DNA from: an uncultured delta proteobacterium
Lineage (GTDB): Bacteria > Myxococcota > Myxococcia > Myxococcales > Myxococcaceae
Assembly: GCA_963796055.1 (NCBI GenBank)
Contig: CAWCKH010000004.1
Span: 512,001-576,000, forward strand
Reading direction: 5' to 3'
Length of the DNA stretch: 64,000 nucleotides
Shown: positions 1-10,561 of the stretch, in pieces
Numbering within the stretch: position 1 is the first letter of the stretch
Layout of the letters: every line of letters begins with the position of its first letter
The notes under the pieces: generated by a model
What the model was told of the DNA's origin: nothing
The model's input: the letters and a program-made list of their open reading frames with translations, nothing else
Database searches by the model: none
Program-made: the position numbers and the translations under genes

Positions 1-849
1 GAAGAAGCGCTTGCCGACGTTGCCGTTGCCGTCCAGGCCCGAGCGGAGGAGCAGCGCGGGCGAGTTGATGGCCCCGCCGCACACCGCCACCGTCTTCGCC
101 ATCACCGTGAGGGTCACCCCGGTGGGCCTGTCCGTCTCCGGATCGAGCAGCTGCGCCTCGACACCCCCCACCCGCCGGTTGCCGACCAGGAGGCGCCGGA
201 CCGAGGCGTTGGCCTGCACCGTCATCCCCTTCTCCACCGCGTCGGGGATGAGCGTCACCAGCATCGACATCTTGGCGTCCAGGGGACAGCCCAGGCCGCA
301 GTAGCCGAGGTTGGCGCAGTTGTTCACGTTGCGCCGCACGAGCCCCCGGGAGTATCCGAGCGCGCCGCACCCGTCCCAGAGGACCTGGTTGTTGGCGTTC
401 ATCCGGTCGAGCGGCCACTCGGCGATGTGGAGCCGCTTCTCGATCGCTTCCCAGTGCGGGACGAGCGCCTCCTCGGTGAGGCCCTTCACCCCGTGGCGGT
501 CTCGCCAGTGCTCCAGCACCCGGCGCGGGGTGCGGAACGAGGTGCACCAGTTCACCGTCGTCCCGCCGCCCACGCTCCGGCCCTGGAGGATGAGGACCGA
601 CTGGTCGTCGGTCGCCCGGTTGCCCATCTCCTGGTACAGCCGGGGGTAGGAGTGGTCCTCGCGCCCGTCGAAGCTGCGCTTCGTCCAGTGCCCGCCCTCC
701 TCGAGCAGCACCACCTCGAGGCCGCGCGCGGTGAGCCGCTCGGCCAGCACCGAGCCCCCCGCGCCAGAGCCCACCACCACCACGTCGCAGTGCAGGGTGG
801 TGTTCACCGTGTGGTCACGGCCGGTGAGGATTCGCCCGGGTCTGCTCAT
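1..849 (-). CDS. GMC-family FAD oxidoreductase (5' part; runs off window start)
   Basis: Manual translation from ATG at 849: [10 protein letters not shown]...[15 protein letters not shown] (FAD GxGxxG), [39 protein letters not shown]. The ATG overlaps the TGA of the upstream gene (ATGA). Confidence 0.9.
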   Translation of the reverse strand, partial: MSRPGRILTGRDHTVNTTLHCDVVVVGSGAGGSVLAERLTARGLEVVLLEEGGHWTKRSFDGREDHSYPRLYQEMGNRATDDQSVLILQGRSVGGGTTVNWCTSFRTPRRVLEHWRDRHGVKGLTEEALVPHWEAIEKRLHIAEWPLDRMNANNQVLWDGCGALGYSRGLVRRNVNNCANLGYCGLGCPLDAKMSMLVTLIPDAVEKGMTVQANASVRRLLVGNRRVGGVEAQLLDPETDRPTGVTLTVMAKTVAVCGGAINSPALLLRSGLDGNGNVGKRFF

Positions 850-1487
850 GGCAGGGCTTCCCCGTGCCACACCCCGTTGTCGTCCGGCCGGGGCTGGCCG
901 CCCCCCCGCCACTCGGGCTGAGAAGGCCCGTCCTGGAAGATGCCGGGCGGCCCCGAGTAGCCCACCGCAGGCCAGATGCTGTGGGACTGGTAGTACCCGG
1001 CGAGCACCAGGGTCCGCAGCGCGGCGTAACCGGTGCGCCGGACCGCGAGCCGGCTGTCCCGCCACTCGGCCAGCACCGCGTCCTGCTCCGCGCCGACCAG
1101 CCCGGTGAAGGGCCGGATGCGGCCGCCGAAGAGGAAGCCGGCCAGAGCGTTCTCGAACAACCCCAGCAGCTGCTGGAGCTCCTTCTGGGCGCTGGGCTCC
1201 ACCCGCGCCGCGATGCGGTCCGCGGCACGGGCGACCCCCACCTCGTCCACGGTGGGCCAGCCCCGGCGGGGGCGGACCATGCGCCGCGCCACCGCGTCGA
1301 GCACCGCGAACTGCGCGGGGCTGAAGACCAGGAGCCCGTCCGCGGGCAGCTTCACCGAGACGCCGCCCCGCAGCGCGAGGAAGCCGGCCCCTCCGGCGGC
1401 GAGCAGCGCGCCTCCCAGCAGCCCCCTCTTGATGAGGGTGCGGCGGCTCAGGCTCGCCGGAGCGGGTTCGGGGTGGGGAATGTCCAT
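846..1487 (-). CDS. Tat-exported gluconate-2-dehydrogenase subunit 3-like partner of the GMC enzyme
   Basis: Twin-arginine motif SRRTLIK followed by a hydrophobic stretch; C-terminal LAGYY...[10 protein letters not shown]; translationally coupled to the GMC gene. Confidence 0.7.
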   Translation of the reverse strand: MDIPHPEPAPASLSRRTLIKRGLLGGALLAAGGAGFLALRGGVSVKLPADGLLVFSPAQFAVLDAVARRMVRPRRGWPTVDEVGVARAADRIAARVEPSAQKELQQLLGLFENALAGFLFGGRIRPFTGLVGAEQDAVLAEWRDSRLAVRRTGYAALRTLVLAGYYQSHSIWPAVGYSGPPGIFQDGPSQPEWRGGGQPRPDDNGVWHGEALP

Positions 1488-1598
1488 GCGAGGCGGGACT
1501 CTAGGCAAGTCCGTCGCCGAACTGCCACGGACGGGAGGCCGTCACGCGAAGCCCCCTTCTCGACACCGTGTGGTCCCGCGTCTAAATGGACGGGAGCC

Positions 1599-2828
1599 AT
1601 GGGCAAGACACTGGCGATGATTCTGGCCGGAGGCGCTGGGACGCGGCTCGAGCCGCTCACCCGCGAGCGCGCCAAGCCGGCGGTTCCCTTCGGGGGGCGC
1701 TACCGGATCATCGACTTCGTCCTGTCGAACTTCGCCAACTCGGGTGTGCTGAAGATGAAGGTGCTCACCCAATACAAGTCCGACTCGCTCAACAACCATC
1801 TCTCACGGGCCTGGCGGCTGAGCAGCTTCCTCGGGCAGTTCGTGGACGTGGTGCCGGCGCAGATGCGGACCGGGCTCGACTGGTACAAGGGCAGCGCCGA
1901 CGCCATCTACCAGAACCTCAACCTCATCACCGACGAGGAGCCGGACCAGATCTTCGTCTTCGGCGCGGACCACGTCTACCGCATGGACGTGTCGACGATG
2001 CTCGAGCACCACCTGAAGCAGAAGGCCGACTGCACCGTGGCGGCGATCCCGGTGCCCCTCGAGGAGGGCCGGGACTTCGGCATCATCGACGTGGGGCCGG
2101 ATGGTCGAATGCGCGGGTTTCTCGAGAAACCGAAGAACCCACCCCCGATGCCGGGCAATCCCAGGATGTGTCTGGCGTCGATGGGGAACTACCTCTTCGA
2201 GACCGAGACCCTGGTGCAGGAGGTGGTCCGCGACGCAGCCAACGACCAGAGCGCGCACGACTTCGGCAAGAGCATCATCAGCGACCTGTACAAGCATGCC
2301 CGGGTCTACGTGTACGACTTCGCCGAGAACTCCTATCCCGGGCAGGAGGCCAAGGAGCGCGGCTACTGGCGCGACGTGGGGAACATCGACGTCTACTACC
2401 AGGCCAACATGGACCTGGTGGGGGTGGACCCGATCTTCAACCTCTACAACGACCGCTGGCCCATCTACACCCAGAACCGCTCCTACCCGCCGGCGAAGTT
2501 CGTCTTCAACGACGTGGAGAACGAGCGCGTTGGCTACGCCACCGACAGCCTGGTGTGCGACGGCTGCATCATCTCCGGCGGCCACGTGCACCTCAGCGTG
2601 CTCAGCCCCAAGGTGCGCATCAACTCGTTCACCCAAGTGAGCGAGAGCATCTTCTTCGAGAACGTCAACGTCGGCCGCCGCTGCCGGATCCGCCGCGCCA
2701 TCGTGGACAAGAACGTGGAGATTCCCGCGGGAACGACCATCGGCTACGACGAGGCCGATGACCGCCGCCGCTTCCACGTCACCTCCGAAGGGGTGGTGGT
2801 GATCCCCAAGGGGATGAAGGTCGCCTGA
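1599..2828 (+). CDS. glgC: Glucose-1-phosphate adenylyltransferase (ADP-glucose pyrophosphorylase)
   Basis: [56 protein letters not shown] and a C-terminal left-handed beta-helix. GGGAG precedes ATG 1599. Confidence 0.96.
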   Translation: MGKTLAMILAGGAGTRLEPLTRERAKPAVPFGGRYRIIDFVLSNFANSGVLKMKVLTQYKSDSLNNHLSRAWRLSSFLGQFVDVVPAQMRTGLDWYKGSADAIYQNLNLITDEEPDQIFVFGADHVYRMDVSTMLEHHLKQKADCTVAAIPVPLEEGRDFGIIDVGPDGRMRGFLEKPKNPPPMPGNPRMCLASMGNYLFETETLVQEVVRDAANDQSAHDFGKSIISDLYKHARVYVYDFAENSYPGQEAKERGYWRDVGNIDVYYQANMDLVGVDPIFNLYNDRWPIYTQNRSYPPAKFVFNDVENERVGYATDSLVCDGCIISGGHVHLSVLSPKVRINSFTQVSESIFFENVNVGRRCRIRRAIVDKNVEIPAGTTIGYDEADDRRRFHVTSEGVVVIPKGMKVA

Positions 2829-2844
2829 ACCTGGGGGCTGCGTC

Positions 2845-3069
2845 CTAGCGCTGCCGGAAGATCCAGGCGAGCAGCGACAGCACCAGCGAGACCACGATCA
2901 TCGAGGCGATGGGGATGTACACCCGCACCCGGTCGTTCTCCCAGCGGATGTCGCCGGGCAGCCGCCCGAACCAGGACAGGCCGCCGGTCCACACCAGCAG
3001 GCCGGCCACCACCAGGCCCACCCCGATGAGAATCAGCATCAGTCCAGGTCCGCGGTCGCTCACGGCCAT
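2845..3069 (-). CDS. Small membrane protein, DUF2905-like
   Basis: Two hydrophobic segments flanking WFGRLPGDIR...VYIPIASMIVVSLVLSLL. Confidence 0.8.
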   Translation of the reverse strand: MAVSDRGPGLMLILIGVGLVVAGLLVWTGGLSWFGRLPGDIRWENDRVRVYIPIASMIVVSLVLSLLAWIFRQR

Positions 3070-3080
3070 TCTGGTCTAGC

Positions 3081-4175
3081 GTGGCCGCAGTGGCTCCGCC
3101 AGCGCCGGCCGACCCGCCCGAGCCCGACCGCCCGCCGTCTCCCCGGTACGGGGGTTTCCTGGTGCTGCTCGCCTGTCTGTCCACGGCGTGCAGCGCGCCG
3201 CTGGTGCCGGTGTTCACCGCCTCGGGCGATGCGCCGAGCCGCACCGGCCTCACCGCGCTGGGCGACGGGGCGGTCTTCGGAAACGACGCCGGGCGGGTGA
3301 TTCGCCTGGACGGAGCGGGGCGGGTGCTGTGGACGGTGGAGACCGGCGGGGAGATCGAGCTCCCGCTGGTGGTCACCGAGGACGGCGTGGTCGGTGCGGT
3401 GATCGGCGGGGACACGCTGGTCTCCCTGGATGCCGACACCGGTCACGAGCGGTGGCGCGCCGGCGGACAGCCCCCGGTGGCGGCGCTCGCCGCGGTGGGC
3501 ACCCGCCTGCTCCTCCTGGGGAAGGAGGGCGAGCTGCGCTCGTTCCCCGCGCTGGCCGGTGGACTGCCACTGCGTCGCGGGTGGAACGCCTCGCTCGGGC
3601 TGCGCGCCCGCGCTCCCCCCCGGGGGCTGCTCGCGCTCGAGGGCGGCGTGCTGGCCATCGGGCCCACCGCGATGCTCCTTCTCTCCGCCGAGGACGGCGC
3701 GCTCCGCTGGAAGGCGCCGATGCGCGACGCGACCGGGGCGGTGCTGGACGGCGACCAGCTCTGGACAGCCGAACAGTCCGGAAGGCTGGTGGTCCTGGAC
3801 CGGCGCTCGGGCGCGCAGCGACGCGTCGTCCCGCTGGGGCAGCACATCATCTCGCCTCCCAGCGCCGCGCTCGGCCACATCTGGGTGGGGCTGGAGGACC
3901 ACTCGCTGGTGGGCATCGACGCCCGCGGAGAGCAGCCCCCCTGGCGCGCGTCGCTGCCCGCGGCGCTGGTGGGCGGCGTGGCCGAGTGGCAGGACCGATT
4001 GCTCGTGCCCACCGCGGGCCGCGAGGGCCGGCTCCTGGCCATCGACCTCGCCCGGCCCGGCTCCCCGGCGGCCGCGCGGGTGGACAGCCCGCTCCGCACC
4101 AGGCCCCTGGTCCGGGGCAGCGTGGCCTGGATCCTGGCCGCGGATGGCCGGGTTCTCGGGTTCCGCTTCCGCTGA
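3081..4175 (+). CDS. PQQ-like beta-propeller (BamB-like) putative lipoprotein
   Basis: Lipobox-like LSTAC; repeated (D/E)xxTGxxRW propeller blades (DADTGHERW, SAEDGALRW). Confidence 0.7.
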   Translation: MAAVAPPAPADPPEPDRPPSPRYGGFLVLLACLSTACSAPLVPVFTASGDAPSRTGLTALGDGAVFGNDAGRVIRLDGAGRVLWTVETGGEIELPLVVTEDGVVGAVIGGDTLVSLDADTGHERWRAGGQPPVAALAAVGTRLLLLGKEGELRSFPALAGGLPLRRGWNASLGLRARAPPRGLLALEGGVLAIGPTAMLLLSAEDGALRWKAPMRDATGAVLDGDQLWTAEQSGRLVVLDRRSGAQRRVVPLGQHIISPPSAALGHIWVGLEDHSLVGIDARGEQPPWRASLPAALVGGVAEWQDRLLVPTAGREGRLLAIDLARPGSPAAARVDSPLRTRPLVRGSVAWILAADGRVLGFRFR

Positions 4176-4178
4176 CGC

Positions 4179-4835
4179 CTAGCGCCGGACGAGCGCCAGC
4201 CGGACGCCGAGCGCCACCAGGACGCCGCCGGTGATGCGCTCGCGCCACGCGCCCCCGGCCACCCTCCGGCCCGTCCGAGCGGCGACCACCGCCACCAGCG
4301 CGTCGCCGATCACCCCCAGTGTCCCGAGCACTCCGCCAAGCACCAGGAACTGGAACAACACCCCGCCACGCTCGGGCCGCACGAACTGCGGCAGGAAGGC
4401 GAAGAAGAAGACCGCCACCTTGGGATTGAGGAGCCCGGTGAGCACCCCGTGGCCCAGTAGCCGCGAGCTCGGGACGCGTGGCGCCTCGGCCGCAGGCCGG
4501 TCCGGGGGCGCCACCGGACGTGCACCGAGGGTCCCGGCGATCATCCGCGTCCCAAGCACCACGAGGTAAACCGCACCGACCAGCTTCACCACGGTGAACG
4601 CCGTCGCCGAGGCCAGCAACACCGCCGACAGCCCCAGCGCAGCGGCCACGGTATGCCCCAGCGTCCCGAGGTTCAGCCCGACGCTGGTGAGCAGCCCCGA
4701 GCGCACGCCCCCCTGGAGAGTGCGGGCCATCACCAGCGCCTGGCCCGGACCGGGGGCGGCGACGAGTGCCGCCGCAGCGCCCAGGTAGGTACCGAACGTC
4801 TTCGCGTCGAACAGCTCCCAGGGAGCCCAGTGCAT
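4179..4835 (-). CDS. LysE/RhtB-family amino-acid exporter
   Basis: APGPG motif, VKLVGAVYLV and LLNPKVAVFFFAFLPQF; start taken at ATG 4835. Confidence 0.9.
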   Translation of the reverse strand: MHWAPWELFDAKTFGTYLGAAAALVAAPGPGQALVMARTLQGGVRSGLLTSVGLNLGTLGHTVAAALGLSAVLLASATAFTVVKLVGAVYLVVLGTRMIAGTLGARPVAPPDRPAAEAPRVPSSRLLGHGVLTGLLNPKVAVFFFAFLPQFVRPERGGVLFQFLVLGGVLGTLGVIGDALVAVVAARTGRRVAGGAWRERITGGVLVALGVRLALVRR

Positions 4836-4949
4836 GGCCGGCCGCTCTAACCAGCACCCCGTCGGCGCGCAGCCTCTCGTTCCAAACTGCGCACTTGTCT
4901 CGGTGAACTGTGCCGGCACGCTCGGTTCTGCCGCTACAAGCCCAGGAAC

Positions 4950-7124
<2,175 letters not shown>

Positions 7125-7153
7125 GGCCGGAGGGAAGGGTCAGCCGACGGAGC

Positions 7154-7420
7154 TCAGGAAGCACGACGCGTTCGTCCCGCCCGGGCCTGGAGCCGCCGTG
7201 CCCAGCGGCTGGCTGGCTTCAGCACCAGCCGCTCGGCGAGGTAGTGGCGGGCCAGCGTCGACTGTCTGCTGCGGATCGCGGACTCGACGAGGGTAAGGGT
7301 CAGCACGTCGCGCTGGGCGTGGCTGCCTCCGAAGCGTGAGGCGATGTCGCGCACCGGCAGCAGCTCGGCCACCACCTCCGCATGCCGGCCCTGGCCGAAG
7401 GCGCGGATGGCGCGGCAGAC
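7154..7420 (-). pseudogene. C-terminal remnant of a TPR protein (TTC38-like)
   Basis: VCRAIRAFGQG...LLPVRDIASRFGGSHAQRDVLTLTL carries the GGSHAQRD signature; no N-terminal part present. Confidence 0.7.
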
Positions 7421-7575
7421 GCCAGGGTGGTGTGGTGGTGGATCACCTCGATGGTCGGGAACCGGGCCAGCTCGGTGACGAGCTCCTCGACGAAGCCGCG
7501 GGCCATGTATCCCTGCTCGGGATCGCCCGACGGATTGTCGAACGGAAGGACTGCGATGGCCGCTGAGGCGCCCAT
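7421..7575 (-). pseudogene. N-terminal remnant of a TolB-like/TPR regulator
   Basis: MGASAAIAVLPFDNPSGDPEQGYMARGFVEELVTELARF matches the IAVLPF.N.SGD.EQ.Y.A.G..E pattern; homology stops after about 50 codons. Confidence 0.7.
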
Positions 7576-7739
7576 ACCGGCCGAGTCTGGTCCTGCAACA
7601 GCCCTGCAGGAAAGCCACCCGGCACCACGGGCGTCGGGCGGGTCACTTGCTCAACGTCATTCCCGAGCCGCCCACCCCGACCGGGAAGTCCCTCATCTTC
7701 GGGAGCCCATCGGGCAGGTGGAGGTGTGCTCTCGAGTGT

Positions 7740-8627
7740 TCAGCGAGGCTCGGCGGACGCGGTGGCGGTCTCCGGGCGCGGCGGACGCGGGTCGGGAACC
7801 CGGTTCTTCACCGCGGGATGGAGCGGAGGTAGGCCGCGGGCGATCTGCCTCGCGTCGGGCGTCCCCGCGGCGGCGGCAAGGGCGGCGAGGGTGGTCGGCT
7901 GAAGCCCGGCGATCCACGCGCCGATGGGCCGGACCGCGGAGGCGTCGACCAGGTGGGTGCCGATGGGCGGCATCTGGTCCGCCGGGGCCCGGCTCGACAG
8001 ACGGTGCAGCAGCGCGCTCCGGGAGGGCTGGCCCGGGGCCAGACGGAGCAGCGCCTCCGCCGCCCCGGGCGGCTGGTAGCGGCTCGGCACGGCGACCGCC
8101 GTCGCCAGAGGACCTTCGCCCGTGCGTGGGACGAGCCGCTGCACGAGGTCGAGCCCGAGCGACCCGAGCCTCACCGCGCGCATCGTGGCACCCCCCGCAG
8201 TTGCCATGAAGGTAGCCGAGCGCCGCACGGGCGACCGAGGTCGGCGCCTCGACCCGGGTGGCGCCTCGAGCAGCGCGCGCGGGAGTCGCCGCACCATCCC
8301 GGTGCGGACCGCCGAGGTGAGATCCACTGCGCCTTGGGGGAGCGGCTCGGCGTGCGGCGCAAGGGGGTCGGTCGGCGAGAGCTGCAGTGCGGAGAAGCCG
8401 AGCACTGGCGTCCGCCCCGCCCCGTGGCACGCCTCGCAGTCCCCGGTCGAGGGCAGGTCGTGCAGCGCACCACCGTCGAGCCAGACCACCGCGGGAGCAC
8501 ACGCCGGGGCCGTGCCGGAGAGCGCGACGGCGGCCAGCCCGGCGACGAGGCGGCGAACTGCGGGCAGACGCAGGCCCCCGGCGTCCACCCCCGCGGGGTG
8601 GCGCCCTGTGGTGCGCTCCTCGCTCAC
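7740..8627 (-). pseudogene. Dihaem c-type cytochrome (SO2930-like) with two compensating frameshifts
   Basis: CEACH (8424-8438) in one frame, YLHGNCGGCH (CGGCH at 8185-8199) in another, then a return to the first frame with QMPPIGTHLVD...WI. Confidence 0.7.
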
Positions 8628-8631
8628 GGAA

Positions 8632-9585
8632 TCAGCTCAGGGGAATCTGCTTGGCGTGCCGCGCGAGCCACTGGCGGAAGGTCTGCAGCCCCGGGTAGAG
8701 CGCACGGGCCTGGTCCACCGGTCGGGCGCCGCAGAACTCGCGCTCGAAGTCGTGCTTGTACTGGAACATGTTCCCCAGGTCCTCGGCACCGGGGAACCCG
8801 AGCTTCCGGTACGCCTCGAACGACATCGCCTGGTAGCGCACCGGCTGCCCGAGGGCGGTGGACAGCTCCGCGGCCATCTCCGCGCCGGTCAGGTGCTCGC
8901 CGGCGATGCCGATGGTGCGGCCGACCATCTCCACCCCGCGGAGGAAGATGCCGTAGGCGCAAGGGCCGATGTCCTCGGCCGCGATGCCCGGGAGCTTCCG
9001 GTCCCCCATGGGCAGCGCGAAGACCAGCTGCCCCGAGGAGTCCTTCTTCGGCCCCGCCCCGAAGTTGATGAGGTTGTCCCAGTAGAACGAGGTGCGCAGC
9101 AGGGTGGTGGGCGCCTTGGCCTCGGCGAAGACCGCGTCCGCCTCCCCCTTCCCGTCGAAGTGGGGCACCTTGTAGCGGTTCAGCAGGGTGGGCATCCGGT
9201 CATCCGACAGCGGGACCCGCTCCCGGGTGTCCTCGAGCGTGGACCAGATGACGTGCCGGACGTCGGCCCGGGCCGCGGCGCCGGCCATGGCCCTTGCCTG
9301 GGCCACCTCCCGGTCGGGCGAGAAGTGCTCCCAGAAGTTGGTGATACAGAACGCGCCCGTCGCCCCTGCGAAGGCGTGGTCGAGGGTCGTCGGGTCGTCC
9401 GCATCGGCGCCCACCACCTCCGCGCCCTGCGCAGCGAGCGCCAGGGCCTTCTCGGACCCGGGGTTCCGGGTGATCGCGCGGGCAGTGAAGCGCCGCTCGG
9501 GGTCCTGGAGGATGGCCCGGACGAGGCCGCTGCCCTGCGCGCCGGTGGCGCCGATCACTGCGATGATGGGTTTCTGGGAAGCCAT
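8632..9585 (-). CDS. NmrA/HSCARG-family NAD(P)-binding protein
   Basis: IAVIGATGAQGSGLVRA, FCITNFWE, VPHFDGK and FPGAEDLGNMF. Confidence 0.92.
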   Translation of the reverse strand: MASQKPIIAVIGATGAQGSGLVRAILQDPERRFTARAITRNPGSEKALALAAQGAEVVGADADDPTTLDHAFAGATGAFCITNFWEHFSPDREVAQARAMAGAAARADVRHVIWSTLEDTRERVPLSDDRMPTLLNRYKVPHFDGKGEADAVFAEAKAPTTLLRTSFYWDNLINFGAGPKKDSSGQLVFALPMGDRKLPGIAAEDIGPCAYGIFLRGVEMVGRTIGIAGEHLTGAEMAAELSTALGQPVRYQAMSFEAYRKLGFPGAEDLGNMFQYKHDFEREFCGARPVDQARALYPGLQTFRQWLARHAKQIPLS

Positions 9586-9644
9586 GGCGGACGTCTCCTG
9601 GACGGGGTGCGGACGAGACCACCCCGCCCGGCCTTCGTCCACCT

Positions 9645-10027
9645 GGCGCGGGCATATACGACGCCCGGCCACACTCGCGGGGCGACGACCTGGATGACCG
9701 AGCTGGTGGACGGGGGCCGGGCCTACCTGGTCGTCTTCCGGACGGCACGAGCATCAACCCGGGCTACCGCGTCGCCAGGGACCCGTCCTATCCGGGGATC
9801 GAGGCCGACTCCGCCGGACCCTGCACCGCCTGGAGATGCTGAGGCCGGACATCTGGCTCAATCATCACACCCAGGTGTTCGACCTGGAGGGCAAGCGGAA
9901 GCGCGTCGCGGCCGAGGGGGTGAAGGCGTGGGTGGACCCCGAGGGGTACCGGCGCTTCGTCGCCAGGCAGCGCCGCACGTTCGAGGACGAGGTGGACGCG
10001 GAGCTTGCGCCCAAAGGGGCTCGGTGA
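9645..10027 (+). pseudogene. C-terminal half of a subclass B3 metallo-beta-lactamase, frameshifted
   Basis: TPGHTRGATTW...VVF / DGTSINPGYRV..DPSYPGIEAD / RRTLHRLEMLRPDIWLNHH...WVDPEGY spread over three frames (1-nt losses near 9738 and 9810). The N-terminal HxHxDH region is absent. Confidence 0.72.
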
Positions 10028-10512
10028 TTCTGTGCTTCGTGGACGGGGACCTCCGTGTCCCCGCACTCTGCATGGAGGCTCTGGCACGCGAGGTCGCCAG
10101 CGCCATGCGCCAGTCCCTGCTCCGGGAAGACCTCCATCATCGCTCCGCCCGCGACCTCGCGGGAGAGGACTTCGACGAGAAGCTCCGACGCCACGCAGAG
10201 TTTCTCCGGTCCCGACTCGCATCCGCCGAGGGGATTGACTCCGTCGTGAAGACCGTGATCCCGGTCCTGCGGCGCAGCGCGAACGTGGAGCAGGCGCGTG
10301 CGGACGACGAGACGCTGCTCCGGAAGATCCTCTCGGTGGTCGGGCTCCTCTCGGTGATCGCGCCGCACTCCGCGGCGCGCCACCCGTTCCCAGCCCCCGG
10401 TGGTGGGGCAGGGCCGGCCGGCGGGACTCCTGCCGAGGCGCGCGTCTCGGTCCGCCCCCCGTATCCCCGCCCTCGACCGGAAGACCTCGACCGGCGGCGC
10501 CGGCGGAAGTGA
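10024..10512 (+). CDS. Hypothetical protein
   Basis: GTG overlaps the TGA of the lactamase remnant (alternative ATG at 10072). Helical, protein-like composition; no family recognised. Confidence 0.4.
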   Translation: MILCFVDGDLRVPALCMEALAREVASAMRQSLLREDLHHRSARDLAGEDFDEKLRRHAEFLRSRLASAEGIDSVVKTVIPVLRRSANVEQARADDETLLRKILSVVGLLSVIAPHSAARHPFPAPGGGAGPAGGTPAEARVSVRPPYPRPRPEDLDRRRRRK

Positions 10513-10561
10513 GCGGCGGGCAGAATGCGTTCCGGTCACGGACGGCGAGCGTCCGGGACGG

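Noticed and set aside
864..1598. 245-aa N-terminal extension of GlgC
   Set aside because: Antisense to the Tat protein gene; ATG 1599 has an RBS and matches the family start.
8122..10512. 796-aa plus-strand ORF
   Set aside because: A composite of NmrA antisense, a short piece of the lactamase relic and the 3' hypothetical gene; not a single protein.
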